64,000 nt of DNA from positions 1-64,000 of the IMG/VR virus record IMGVR_UViG_3300013947_000019; one strand, written 5' to 3'. The notes below the pieces were generated by a model. That model saw only the letters and a list, made by a program, of their open reading frames with translations, searched no databases and was not told where the DNA came from. Origin of the DNA: a virus (Duplodnaviria > Caudoviricetes). This document shows positions 9,668 to 19,687 of the stretch, piece by piece (the stretch's first letter is position 1; every line of letters begins with the position of its first letter). A program made the translations under genes and the position numbers.

Positions 9668-10735
9668 TTATGTGTCAAGATTTATGGGGTCGATTGTCAT
9701 CTGGAACATGGTTTTCTTACGAGCTTCTGCATATTCCTTCTTAGTAGACATAATCACACTGATCTTATCCATATCCTTCTCGAAGTCTTTAAACTTAAAG
9801 ATAACAACAGTACGATTATTTACATCAAGGCACTGCTCACGCAAATCTTCAGGGTCCATCTCACCAAGTCCCTTATAACGTATAACACCATTCGGAATAT
9901 ACTTACGAACAGCATGCATTACATCATATAGAGTCTTATCTTTCTTATCACCAATAGTATATCCGGCAAGCGTATTGTTTACTTTCTGATACTGTTTAAA
10001 TTTAGTGACATGTTTGTGGAAGTGCTCATCTAATGCAATATTGATATAATCACCACCATTTAAATCACCATCAATAACTAGTGTCTTATCTTCAATCAAT
10101 ACAGTAATACCAGGATATCTCTTTAATATATTGGACCAATAAGATTTCTTTTGATCTTTTAACTCGCCATGATAATACCATGCAATATATTCCATAAATT
10201 TAGGATCAACACAATATCGGTTGGAAAGTTTTTCTAAGCGAGTATCATATTCGAAGTTTCTTTCGATAAATTCTCGAAGCTCTTTCTTACTGAGCACTTT
10301 TCCGTTATATGAAATAGTCTCTTTGTCGATGAATGCTTTCGTAATCTTATCGTAGAAATCCTTCTGAGATCTCACAAAGATTGACTTACCATTACCCTTA
10401 GGAATACGATATGCGGGAGGTAAGATACGACCAACCATACCTGCATCAATGAGAGGTCTGCAATGTTTAGCTAACAGACAAATCACAGAGATAGCAATAT
10501 CATCACCATCTACATCACTATCTGTCAATGCTAAAATACGAGTCATTGTAGACTTCTCTGGATCACATTTCTTACCAGGTTCAATGCCACAAATATCAAG
10601 AACATCATTGAAAGTAGATTTAATCTTTGCTACAGAATCACTATCATTATCAAAGATATTCTTAGGACGTTTAATACCATAGATCGCTTGATTATGTGCA
10701 TCTCGGCCAAGAGCTGCATTATCTGCAGCTGAATC
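9668..10735 (-). CDS. gyrB: Type IIA topoisomerase subunit B, exon 2 (TOPRIM and tail)
   Basis: Starts DSAADNA, completing EG|DSA; also LTDSDVDG, RILPPAY and RYKGLGEM. Confidence 0.9.
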   Translation of the reverse strand, partial: DSAADNAALGRDAHNQAIYGIKRPKNIFDNDSDSVAKIKSTFNDVLDICGIEPGKKCDPEKSTMTRILALTDSDVDGDDIAISVICLLAKHCRPLIDAGMVGRILPPAYRIPKGNGKSIFVRSQKDFYDKITKAFIDKETISYNGKVLSKKELREFIERNFEYDTRLEKLSNRYCVDPKFMEYIAWYYHGELKDQKKSYWSNILKRYPGITVLIEDKTLVIDGDLNGGDYINIALDEHFHKHVTKFKQYQKVNNTLAGYTIGDKKDKTLYDVMHAVRKYIPNGVIRYKGLGEMDPEDLREQCLDVNNRTVVIFKFKDFEKDMDKISVIMSTKKEYAEARKKTMFQMTIDPINLDT

Positions 10736-11862
10736 CAATGAATTTCATTCGACCATTTCTTCTAGTGTCTATCTCTCGACAGTCAACTAGTCTACCGTTT
10801 CGGTTCTCAAGAGCTTCGTTCCCTAAAACTCTGACACGTACCAATAGTGTCCCTACTCCCCTCCCAGAAGGCATGGGGATGGCCTGTACAGGTTCTTTAA
10901 TATAAGTTACTCAACAAACCAAAATTTAACACCAGATACTACATTTGATTTTAATGCAGCTTCACTCACCTTTTTAGTAAGACGTTTAATGTTGTAGTCT
11001 TTCCAATATCCAAGTTTATGAAGCAATCTAGATAAATTAGCAGGACCCTTAGCTTTTACTTCTAGTCCGCTAGGAAGTAATGCGTGAACTTCTCTACCTT
11101 TAATACCACATCTATGATATACATAATCAGATGTAATATCAAATGGATCATCAATCCGCTCAACTTTTAATTTACCTAAATATAATTTATGCACTGATGA
11201 GCACCGTATAGCTGCAGCTCTCAATGAATTTCTAGACGCATTAAGGAAATAGCCCTCTTGATGAAGTCTATCTGCAACAGCATACGCGCCTCTAGCATTA
11301 AAATCCAGATTATCAATAGTAACATGATAATCATGTAGCATAAAATCAAATGTTTTTAATCCGGTCTTAATAGCATGGATATTATTCTCTCGACTAGTTG
11401 TCCATTCTAAATTAGAAAGATCTAAATCAAGTTTATTACCATTGATATGATTTACTATAGGTCTTTCAGGATCTGGACCGACAAATGTAAGCATTAATAG
11501 TCGATGTAGTTTAACCGATTTTTGACTACCATTTTTACAAACTAATCTTAATACATAATATCCATTATCATTTATATATGGTTTTAATATTTTGCCGGTT
11601 TTAATATTACGAACTCTAGCTTTGTTGCTAATTTCATATAAATATTCAAAACCATATGCAGGTTTCCATATTTCTTCCATATCTTTACCTCCTTTCATAT
11701 AATATTAAAGTTTGTGTTGAGTATTTATTATATTAAAGCTTCCCACGAGACTGGGCTAATAAATCCTTGGCAAAGTATTAGCTTTACCCTCGTTAGCATA
11801 TCAAATTGATATACCCGTGTGGTGAACACGTAAAATAGATAAAGGAGATTTCATACGATTTT
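10736..11862 (-). mobile_element. Group I intron (1127 nt) in gyrB, with homing endonuclease
   Basis: Splits the EG|DSA motif in frame and ends in a terminal G at 10736. P4 ACGAG/CTCGT, P7 C(A)GGCCA/TGGTCG in an AAGAAATGGTCG context, and P8 CTAGT/ACTAG are present. The IGS (11841-11850) is complementary to the spliced junction. Confidence 0.88.
10907..11680 (-). CDS. Intron-encoded NUMOD4-HNH homing endonuclease
   Basis: EIWKP..GFE.LYEISN (NUMOD4); LHRL...VNHINGNKLD...NLEWTT..EN..H (HNH). Start revised to the ATG after AAAGGAGG. Confidence 0.9.
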   Translation of the reverse strand: MEEIWKPAYGFEYLYEISNKARVRNIKTGKILKPYINDNGYYVLRLVCKNGSQKSVKLHRLLMLTFVGPDPERPIVNHINGNKLDLDLSNLEWTTSRENNIHAIKTGLKTFDFMLHDYHVTIDNLDFNARGAYAVADRLHQEGYFLNASRNSLRAAAIRCSSVHKLYLGKLKVERIDDPFDITSDYVYHRCGIKGREVHALLPSGLEVKAKGPANLSRLLHKLGYWKDYNIKRLTKKVSEAALKSNVVSGVKFWFVE

Positions 11863-13164
11863 TCCTTCTACTAAAAGAAGCTCTGGGGCTACTGTATCGA
11901 GATTCTGCACAATATCTTTAAACTTATCAAGACGATCTTTGGAGAAAGTGTTAGATACATCCTTCTTACGAACTTTCTTAGATGCCATACGACCCTTTGT
12001 AACACGTTTGACGAATTCGACCATAGGATTAGTGACATTTCCTTTCGCATTACAAAGATATTCATATACTGCATCACGAACAGCAAATCGGACTTCCTGA
12101 TTGGATAACTGATTCTTTTCCTGTCCCATATAGATAGGAGAAATAACTTTGACGGTAATAAATGCACAGATACCAGCAGTCATATCAGAAGGAAGCACAT
12201 TCATTTCCTTGTCCTTACCTTTGAATTTAGGAATGACTTGCTCCTTAAAATATTTCTGGATACCGAGCTTTAGACCATCCACATGACTACCACCCATATA
12301 AGTCTTTGCACCATTTGCATAACTGATAATAAAATCATCTTTATTATCAGCATCAAGAACATCTTCTTTATATGCAAATACGATATCAATCCCAACAGGT
12401 TCCGTAGTCATTTTATCATCAGCAATCGATTTCAGATAAGTTACTTTGCGAGATTCTTTGATTCGAATAACAGGTGTGTCTGGTTTCCAAAGCTTTACAC
12501 GATCTTCAATATCCTTACCACCATACTTAAACTTTTTCAGCTCTTTCTTTCCATCCAGAACTGTATAAGTTATTTTAAGCTGAGGATAGAGATATGAAGT
12601 ATCACTGAGCTTATCGTGAAGATCTTCCCATGTCACTTCAGAAGAATCAATGATCTTAGGATCAATATGAAACTTAGAATAAGTTCCATGCTTATCAGAC
12701 TTGCCTTTTTCCTCTTTGACCATTTCACCGTCCTTAAAATAATATCTCAAGAACTTTCCTTCTCGCATAGAAGTAAACTCACAATAATCAGAAAGAAATA
12801 CGGCAGTCTTTAAACCATGACCCCAACGACCAGCAGTTGTAAGATACGCACTATTTGTTCCATTATTAAACTTACCTGATGCAGCAAGCTTAGTTAAAAC
12901 ATCAAGAAGCTTCTCAAGAGGAACACCGGACCCATCATCTGCAACGGATACTTCTTTGGTTTTAATATCGAATGTTACATCCAAATGTGATCCGTCACTA
13001 CCGTTGACGGTCAATTCATCTGTAGAGTTTGATACCAATTCAAAGCAAATATGCACAAATCCATTCCTATATATATCAGGTACATACATAGATGGATTCT
13101 TTCGAACCTTTTCTTTGTCAGACTCAATTACAATAATTGAATCTGCATCATATTTTCTTGCCAC
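11863..13164 (-). CDS. gyrB: Type IIA topoisomerase subunit B, exon 1 (GHKL ATPase and transducer)
   Basis: VRKNPSMY, ELVSNSTDE, DDGSGVP, ASGKF...GRWGHG, GGSHVDG, GQEK; ends ELLLVEG. Predicted spliced product is 789 aa. Confidence 0.92.
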
Positions 13165-14309
13165 TATAATTCCTCCCTATTGTATTTTGGAATTAAATGC
13201 ATAAATCCATCCTTATCTACAAGACGTTTATTTTCAAGATGCATCTCAAGTTCAGGATGATTTACTGTGTACACATACTCATTGAGTGAACGATGTCTGA
13301 TTAATTTTGATACTTCTGCACGTTTGCGATTATGTTTTTCTTCGAACTGAGCAAATGTTAAATATTCACCATCAGCATCTACCACATATCGATTATATCT
13401 TTTATTGTTTGATTGCTCTTTTGGTGTAGTCCATCTACAATTCCATGGAGCATATGGACCATCATTATCTATACGATCAAGAGTAAGTCCATCTTTATAA
13501 CCATTAGATATGGCCCAATTGTAGAAATTAACTAGCCCAGTATTCATTGGATCTCCTGGTTTAGATAACCATTCATCACAAACCTTGATACCTCTACCGC
13601 CATAATTTTCATAACTATTACAACTAGGACGATAACAACGTGCTTTCATTGCATTATAAATACTACTTATACGTTTTCCATCTTTTGTAGTCATAATGCC
13701 ATGAGTACGTTTAGAATCAGATTGGTAACATCCACAGCTTTGAGTATGTCCATTAGTCAGATTACCAGTTTGAACTATACATGTGTTTCCACAATCGCAT
13801 TTACAGACCCAAAGACACGCTTTATGTTTTAAATTCCTAGGTCCTTCATATAGCTTCTCCACTACTAATCTTCCAAATCGTTTACCAGTAAGATCTTTGA
13901 AATTACGTTCAGATGTCAATTTTCGATTAAGACATCCACATGACTTTGTGTTATTACGGCCAAGATTAGAGCCTATTACACTTACTATATTTCCATAATC
14001 GCACCTACACTTCCACTTAAGAAGTCCAGGCTTACTATTCTCTTTATCGATACCAAGAACAGTAAGCATATCAAATTTCTTACCAGTTAAATCTTTTATT
14101 TGACCAATCTCACGATTCTCTTTCTGGAAACACCCACAGGATTTCTTATGACCATTGATCAAATATTTTCTCTTGGTAACTGTTTCATTACCACAGTCGC
14201 ACTGACACTTACACATGATTTCTCCACTATCATCAGTGTATACATCAGTAACAACAAGACGGGTAAACCTCTTACCCATCAGTTCAGTTTTAGCCTTTGA
14301 TAAATCCAC
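13164..14309 (-). CDS. Free-standing HNH-type endonuclease with three Cys-rich DNA-binding repeats
   Basis: Three repeats of [DLxGKRFxxLxV...CxCDCGN...SCGC], then MKARC...YGGRGI.VC.EW...TLDRIDNDGPY.P.NCRW. Confidence 0.85.
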   Translation of the reverse strand: MDLSKAKTELMGKRFTRLVVTDVYTDDSGEIMCKCQCDCGNETVTKRKYLINGHKKSCGCFQKENREIGQIKDLTGKKFDMLTVLGIDKENSKPGLLKWKCRCDYGNIVSVIGSNLGRNNTKSCGCLNRKLTSERNFKDLTGKRFGRLVVEKLYEGPRNLKHKACLWVCKCDCGNTCIVQTGNLTNGHTQSCGCYQSDSKRTHGIMTTKDGKRISSIYNAMKARCYRPSCNSYENYGGRGIKVCDEWLSKPGDPMNTGLVNFYNWAISNGYKDGLTLDRIDNDGPYAPWNCRWTTPKEQSNNKRYNRYVVDADGEYLTFAQFEEKHNRKRAEVSKLIRHRSLNEYVYTVNHPELEMHLENKRLVDKDGFMHLIPKYNREEL

Positions 14310-14328
14310 CTCTAAATTTTACACCACC

Positions 14329-14670
14329 TTACGTTGTATTATCAGATTTGTAATATTCTGTTTCCTTAGTATTCAGAAAATTAAGATACTTCTGTGCTCG
14401 ACGAAGCTGAATAACCATATCAGAAACCTGATGCGGGTATCTATTGGTAACCTCTGATGGAAGTTTATTAATATGACTATTCAGAATCATAATCTGACCA
14501 TTGATCAACGTCTGCTCTCGGTGAATCATATTAATGTATCGATCAGGATCATCATCTCGCATTGTCTTTAATGCATTATTCCACATATCCTTGCAAATGA
14601 TATCATCAAATGCTTCAGATACTTTAACTGACAAATTAACAGCTTCTGAACCTAACAGGAAATCTTTCAT
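14329..14670 (-). CDS. Hypothetical protein
   Basis: ORF in a tightly packed operon. Confidence 0.65.
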   Translation of the reverse strand: MKDFLLGSEAVNLSVKVSEAFDDIICKDMWNNALKTMRDDDPDRYINMIHREQTLINGQIMILNSHINKLPSEVTNRYPHQVSDMVIQLRRAQKYLNFLNTKETEYYKSDNTT

Positions 14671-14673
14671 TTA

Positions 14674-15069
14674 TTAAACATCTCCATTCTTCAGAATATG
14701 CTCCGTCTCCTGTACCGAATATGCAGTATTCTTAGTACTATTCAGTACATCATTCGGAGTCGGATATGTAGTATTTGCATAATTGTCAGGAGACTTCATA
14801 CCACCTTTATCATTGGAGTAGTATGAATTCTTCTTAGGAGTAATGGGTGCACCATACTTGATTTCACGATTCTCTTTCTTCTTAGCACGGGTCAAAGTCT
14901 TCACTTTAGTAGTAGGTTCATTGATCAGAAACCGATCAAAGGCTTCTCTGCAGAAAAGACACAGATTAATATTACTCATAGAACCAGGATGATTCTTAGA
15001 TTCATAGATAATCTGGAAACTCTTTCTGCCCTCCGGAATCTGGTGACCACATCTTGCGCACATTGTCAT
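14674..15069 (-). CDS. Hypothetical protein with N-terminal CxxC...CxxC
   Basis: CARC...CLFC; GAAAGGA RBS. Confidence 0.65.
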   Translation of the reverse strand: MTMCARCGHQIPEGRKSFQIIYESKNHPGSMSNINLCLFCREAFDRFLINEPTTKVKTLTRAKKKENREIKYGAPITPKKNSYYSNDKGGMKSPDNYANTTYPTPNDVLNSTKNTAYSVQETEHILKNGDV

Positions 15070-15177
15070 TTGGAATTCAAATCCTTTCTTGTATAAATTT
15101 TTATATACATAACTATCGAATAATGATAGCTGTATAACATAGTTGGTGAAATCTTCAAAATAAAAGAGGGAACCCGA

Positions 15178-15720
15178 CTACCTAGTCGGGCCCCTCATAT
15201 CTTGTAATTTCATTGTTAGCATAAATCCTCGAGCTCTGTCGAAGATCGGTTGATATAATTTCTGAATTGACTCAGAAGTCTGTGTATATGGAACTGGATC
15301 ATGCCCGAACCAGATTGGTTTCATTTCAAATATATAACACTTCTCCAACTTAGCATTATTTGCAACAATCCCCGGAGCTATTGTACTGAGTGATTTCCAT
15401 TTTGTACTGATTAAGCAATCCTTCGGCATAAAGATTGCACCAATCAGTTCAAATCCATTTGTATATAACTCCAATGTTTGATATGGATTCTGTGTTATAT
15501 AATATTTATTATTCAGACGATATAGCATTGTAGCTACAAAATGTTCTTGGTAGTCCAATAATGTACCGTCAGAAATAAATCTCATACGCTTTGAATTCTG
15601 GAACCAATTATGACACACAAGCATATTGATTCCAGCAAACGGATTCGGATTCGATGGATCTCTGAATACATAGCATTGAAATATAGAATCGATCCATTCA
15701 GAAGGCTTAGGGAGATCCAT
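15178..15720 (-). CDS. Hypothetical protein
   Basis: GAGGAGGAG RBS; 180-aa ORF. Confidence 0.7.
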   Translation of the reverse strand: MDLPKPSEWIDSIFQCYVFRDPSNPNPFAGINMLVCHNWFQNSKRMRFISDGTLLDYQEHFVATMLYRLNNKYYITQNPYQTLELYTNGFELIGAIFMPKDCLISTKWKSLSTIAPGIVANNAKLEKCYIFEMKPIWFGHDPVPYTQTSESIQKLYQPIFDRARGFMLTMKLQDMRGPTR

Positions 15721-15846
15721 ATCGAAACTCCTCCTCTCATAAGAAAAATCAGTTGATATGAAAATAGGGGAGACGAAGTATAATGCATATACCCCGCCTC
15801 CCCAATTTAGATTTTTGTTAGACTGTTAGAAGCAGGCCCTTACTTC

Positions 15847-16452
15847 TTACAGAGTGAAATTGTTCAGCTGACTGATATCCACATCAGCACTGGCAGTATG
15901 ACCATTGACAGCAGGAGTATCATTCTCCTTGATCTCAGCCAGCAGATCAGCCACCTTCAGCCAATCCTCCAGATCATTCTTGATCTTGGCGATATCCTTT
16001 ACCTCATCGTCCTTCATACGCTTATTGGAAACCACCATATTGGCAGCCGCATACAGCGTGTTGATGGAACCCAGGACATCAGACACAGAGATCTGATCCT
16101 TACCGACCAGGACATCGAAGCAGGACTTGCAGATGCTGCAGTTCTCCTCGCCGAACAGCTCAACGATCGTATCCAGCATCGGGGTATAGGCAGCATAGGT
16201 AGGAGTCATAGCCTTGAACTCAGCCACAGAGATCATGTTACCGGCATGATTGCACTTGGTACGATTCTTGATGAACTCCTTGGGGATCTCCACCGGAGCC
16301 AGCAGGATCTTCTTGGACTTCTTAGCATCAGCCTTGTCCAGAGTCGGCTTCACGGTCTTCAGCTTCGGAGCCTCATAACCCTTAACCTTCTTACCCTTCT
16401 TCTTGGACTTCTTGTCGCTCTTAGAATAGAAATACTTATTCTTCTTGCTCAT
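15847..16452 (-). CDS. Hypothetical protein with Lys-rich N-terminus and CNH...CSIC..C cluster; likely highly expressed
   Basis: AAGGAGG RBS; strong AAG/CTG/ATC codon bias; both promoter types lie upstream. Confidence 0.8.
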   Translation of the reverse strand: MSKKNKYFYSKSDKKSKKKGKKVKGYEAPKLKTVKPTLDKADAKKSKKILLAPVEIPKEFIKNRTKCNHAGNMISVAEFKAMTPTYAAYTPMLDTIVELFGEENCSICKSCFDVLVGKDQISVSDVLGSINTLYAAANMVVSNKRMKDDEVKDIAKIKNDLEDWLKVADLLAEIKENDTPAVNGHTASADVDISQLNNFTL

Positions 16453-16563
16453 TTTAATTTCCTCCTTGTAATTTTGAAAGAATATTGTTTAAATGTTGGG
16501 CCCAACATTTAACGATAAAAGAGACCAAGTAACGAGCAATTACTTGATCCCTTGTATCACATG

Positions 16564-16579
16564 TATAATATATATCTCA
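16564..16579 (-). promoter_or_regulatory. Early-like promoter motif
   Basis: TGAGATATATATTATA. Confidence 0.7.
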
Positions 16580-16648
16580 ATTTCATTTGCTCGAAACTGA
16601 TACACATATTCTACTTGGATGGGATTATTGAAGTGTTATACTAATCTT

Positions 16649-16918
16649 TTAATACAACACTTTCACTTCACCCAAGAAACGGAAACCATTCTGATAAATG
16701 AAAATAGGACCGATCTCTGCTGCAAGAATCTCAGCAGCCTTCTTGAAATATACATCGACCATACGGCCACCAAGCTTCTTGTCATCGGCAGACATTTCAG
16801 GAAGGGATTCCTCGGGAACATGAACCAATGCAGTCAGTGGAAACTTAGGAACCTTATTCTTATCTACATCATCAGAATAAGTTACCTCTACAACATTAAC
16901 CAGATTAACATTAATCAT
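16649..16918 (-). CDS. Hypothetical protein (start probably MINVNL)
   Basis: GGAG RBS; overlaps the upstream stop. Confidence 0.65.
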   Translation of the reverse strand: MINVNLVNVVEVTYSDDVDKNKVPKFPLTALVHVPEESLPEMSADDKKLGGRMVDVYFKKAAEILAAEIGPIFIYQNGFRFLGEVKVLY

Positions 16919-17675
16919 TTTCTTCATCTCCATAATCATGATAACTAATGTGTTTATCAGAGACTAGTGCATACCCTCTGATTGTACCATTCATTTTCAA
17001 AGGATTGGTATCGCAATAGGAAGCTTCTTCTTGTGTAATACCCATATCCTCTAATGTTTTACCTGTGCTCTTAATTAAAGTTTTATAATTTGCATAGGTA
17101 TTATCACCCAGCAATAAAACTTTACCAAGATCAGGTGGGAATTTAACATCTGCTGGTTGATCAATATATCGTGTACCAATAATGATATCTACGGTATGAT
17201 GATTTACAACATCTACAGATATGATTTCATTACGAGTCAATAGTTCACTAACTATCAACGGGAAGTAATGAATCCAGAATTCATAACTGGGACGATCTTT
17301 ACCCATAATATTACAGGTATTCTCCCAATCGAATTCATACCGTCCAGACTCTGTTTCAGCAGCACAATAGCTAATCATAGCATTTACAATACTACTTATC
17401 ATACTGAGCACTGCTGGGAGTCTGAGACTTAATAAACTGCGAAACTGATAGGATTTCATAATCCTATCTGCAGCTTTTGTTTCTTTTTTCTTTGGCGTAT
17501 ATTGTACACCTGCCAGGAACCCAGCAACTGTAGCGAGTACCCCAAAGATTGCTGCATAATATAGCAAAGTTGTTTTTAGTGCAATTTTATATGACATCAT
17601 GGTAATGATGAACATAGAAAATGCAATTAACCCAATAAATAGGTTAATCTTAAATTTATTGGTTTGGTTTTTCAT
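16911..17675 (-). CDS. Membrane protein with two N-terminal TM helices
   Basis: Two hydrophobic segments at about aa 10-58. Confidence 0.7.
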   Translation of the reverse strand: MKNQTNKFKINLFIGLIAFSMFIITMMSYKIALKTTLLYYAAIFGVLATVAGFLAGVQYTPKKKETKAADRIMKSYQFRSLLSLRLPAVLSMISSIVNAMISYCAAETESGRYEFDWENTCNIMGKDRPSYEFWIHYFPLIVSELLTRNEIISVDVVNHHTVDIIIGTRYIDQPADVKFPPDLGKVLLLGDNTYANYKTLIKSTGKTLEDMGITQEEASYCDTNPLKMNGTIRGYALVSDKHISYHDYGDEEND

Positions 17676-18059
17676 TTACTTCTCCTCTTCAGGGATATCC
17701 TTTTCAACATCAAGACTACTATAAGTAGTACTACCAGACGTATAAGAAACAACAGTATCCCGAGGAATAACAAAATCCTTTGTTCTGCCGGTCAGAACCA
17801 TTCCAACGGCAGTCATCGTATGGATAGCCAGTTCATAGGTCAGATGACCATTGGCTACCTCTTCAGTTACTTCAGTGGAACATTTCGCAATCAGTTCATC
17901 AATATGATTCACTGAAGTTTCATTCTTTGAAGCAGAGGAAGTCTTCTGTGCAGTAGATGCCACATTCGCATAGGACTGAAAGACCTTAGCGATAACACCC
18001 TTTGCAACCTTCAGTACTTCCAACTCCTGTTTCGTTTTGGTGTACATCGTCTCACACAT
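17676..18059 (-). CDS. Hypothetical protein
   Basis: AAGGAGG RBS; early-like promoter at 18136-18151. Confidence 0.7.
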   Translation of the reverse strand: MCETMYTKTKQELEVLKVAKGVIAKVFQSYANVASTAQKTSSASKNETSVNHIDELIAKCSTEVTEEVANGHLTYELAIHTMTAVGMVLTGRTKDFVIPRDTVVSYTSGSTTYSSLDVEKDIPEEEK

Positions 18060-18135
18060 TTCTATATCCTCCTTATTTTCTATTAGTAGTTTAAATGTGA
18101 GAAAAGGTGAAGCAGCTGTTAAACTGCTTCACCTA

Positions 18136-18151
18136 TATAATATATATCTCA
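18136..18151 (-). promoter_or_regulatory. Early-like promoter motif
   Basis: TGAGATATATATTATA followed directly by the hairpin AGGTGAAGCAG...CTGCTTCACCT. Confidence 0.7.
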
Positions 18152-18168
18152 AACTTCTTTGTGATCAT

Positions 18169-18789
18169 TTAGATAGCGTCAGTTACGCCATATGCTTCAG
18201 CAAGTAACTTCTTAAACTTCTCCTGATTCTTATAGAACTTCTGCCATTCAATACAAACAGCCTCGGAATAAGGATGCAGATAAGACTCAGGCTTATCAGT
18301 CGTAGCAGTTTCATCATCACCAAGGAAAATAGTCTTAGTAGACTGCTTCGTCTGCTGATAATAACGGGTAACCGTATTAGTACCATCAGCCAGACCGGTT
18401 TCAGGATCAAACGTCAGAGCCATAATCTCAGCACGAGTAGGAATCTTAGGAACAGGCATCTTAGTCTGACCATCACTATAGAAAGTCTTACGCATGTACT
18501 GAGCCAGGTCAAAATGCTGCAGATGATTCGTAGAAGCTACTGTAATATTTGTCTGGGGAGCAATTGTATACTGGGGCAGAGCAATATACTTACCTTCTAC
18601 AATACTGGATAGAGAAGAATCCAAATGCTTCATTGCAAAGAAACATTGCTTAGAAGGAGAGTAAGCAACATATCCCTCACAAGTGGGAATATTAATCACA
18701 TATGAGTTATCGAAATATAAAGTAGAAATCCCCAGCCAATCAAGCTTCTGCAGGGATTCATAGAAGAAATCAAAAACGGGATTGTCCAT
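18169..18789 (-). CDS. Hypothetical protein
   Basis: AGGAGG RBS; late-like promoter AACA-ATAA-TATAAT at 18838-18851. Confidence 0.75.
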   Translation of the reverse strand: MDNPVFDFFYESLQKLDWLGISTLYFDNSYVINIPTCEGYVAYSPSKQCFFAMKHLDSSLSSIVEGKYIALPQYTIAPQTNITVASTNHLQHFDLAQYMRKTFYSDGQTKMPVPKIPTRAEIMALTFDPETGLADGTNTVTRYYQQTKQSTKTIFLGDDETATTDKPESYLHPYSEAVCIEWQKFYKNQEKFKKLLAEAYGVTDAI

Positions 18790-18853
18790 TCGTACATCCT
18801 CCTAACGAGCTATAATTTAAAGAGTATTAGTAGATTCATTATATTATTGTTTC

Positions 18854-19687
18854 TTAATACCCCTCATTAGCCTGGAGAGATTCATCATTTTCAACCCAGT
18901 CTGATACCTGAATGGTTCGATAACGATAAGGAACTTCGGGATGACCAATACCTACATCAGGATCGGCAACAACCACATCCTTAATACCAGCATTAATGAT
19001 TAAACGTTTACAAATAGGACAGCAGTTTGCATCTTTAACCATTTCATGCGTTGCTCGATTATAGCCATAGAGATATAGTGTAGCATCTTTAAGCTCATCT
19101 GGAGATGCATTAATAATGGCATTCATCTCTCCATGAACGGACCTACACGAGGTGCTGTAGTCTGTTCCGCGTTTTACATTATTTGCAAGCCTTGGGCAAT
19201 ATCCAATATCAGTACAATTCTTTCTTCCTCTAGGAGCACCATTAAACCCTGTACTACGAACAACATTATCTTTTACAATAACTGCTCCATATCTCTTAGA
19301 GAGGCAAGTACTTCTCTTAGATACAGCTTCTGCAATACCGAGATAATAGAAGGGGAAAGGAATACGATTGTTCTCTTCAATAACCATAGTCTTATTTTCC
19401 TCTGATGTATTTCTATTCTTTAATGCTTCAATTTGATTCATAATATCTTCCATCGTATCAGATACCATAATAATGGGAGACTTCGAATTAAAATACCGAA
19501 TAAGTCTATACTTCGTATAATCCTCTATCTGACACACATTCTTAATGGGAACATGAATCTGTTTAGGTTGAGTAAGGGTTGATATGTCTTCATGGATCGT
19601 CCCAATCTGAGTGACTTCGATATAATCCTGCAGACCAAAACTATTCATGATAGACTGATACCAATTAATCTGCGTCATAATCATCAC
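18854..19687 (-). CDS. dCMP deaminase with a ~100-aa N-terminal extension
   Basis: SKRSTC...GAVIV...TGFNGAP, SVHGEMNA and CCPICKRLIINAGI (Zn-binding HxE/CxxC). Confidence 0.9.
   Translation of the reverse strand: MMIMTQINWYQSIMNSFGLQDYIEVTQIGTIHEDISTLTQPKQIHVPIKNVCQIEDYTKYRLIRYFNSKSPIIMVSDTMEDIMNQIEALKNRNTSEENKTMVIEENNRIPFPFYYLGIAEAVSKRSTCLSKRYGAVIVKDNVVRSTGFNGAPRGRKNCTDIGYCPRLANNVKRGTDYSTSCRSVHGEMNAIINASPDELKDATLYLYGYNRATHEMVKDANCCPICKRLIINAGIKDVVVADPDVGIGHPEVPYRYRTIQVSDWVENDESLQANEGY

Noticed and set aside
9668-13164. GyrB as a natural two-gene split, pseudogene or intein-containing gene
   Set aside because: The insert has in-frame stops (so not an intein), shows group I core elements, and its removal precisely restores EGDSA.
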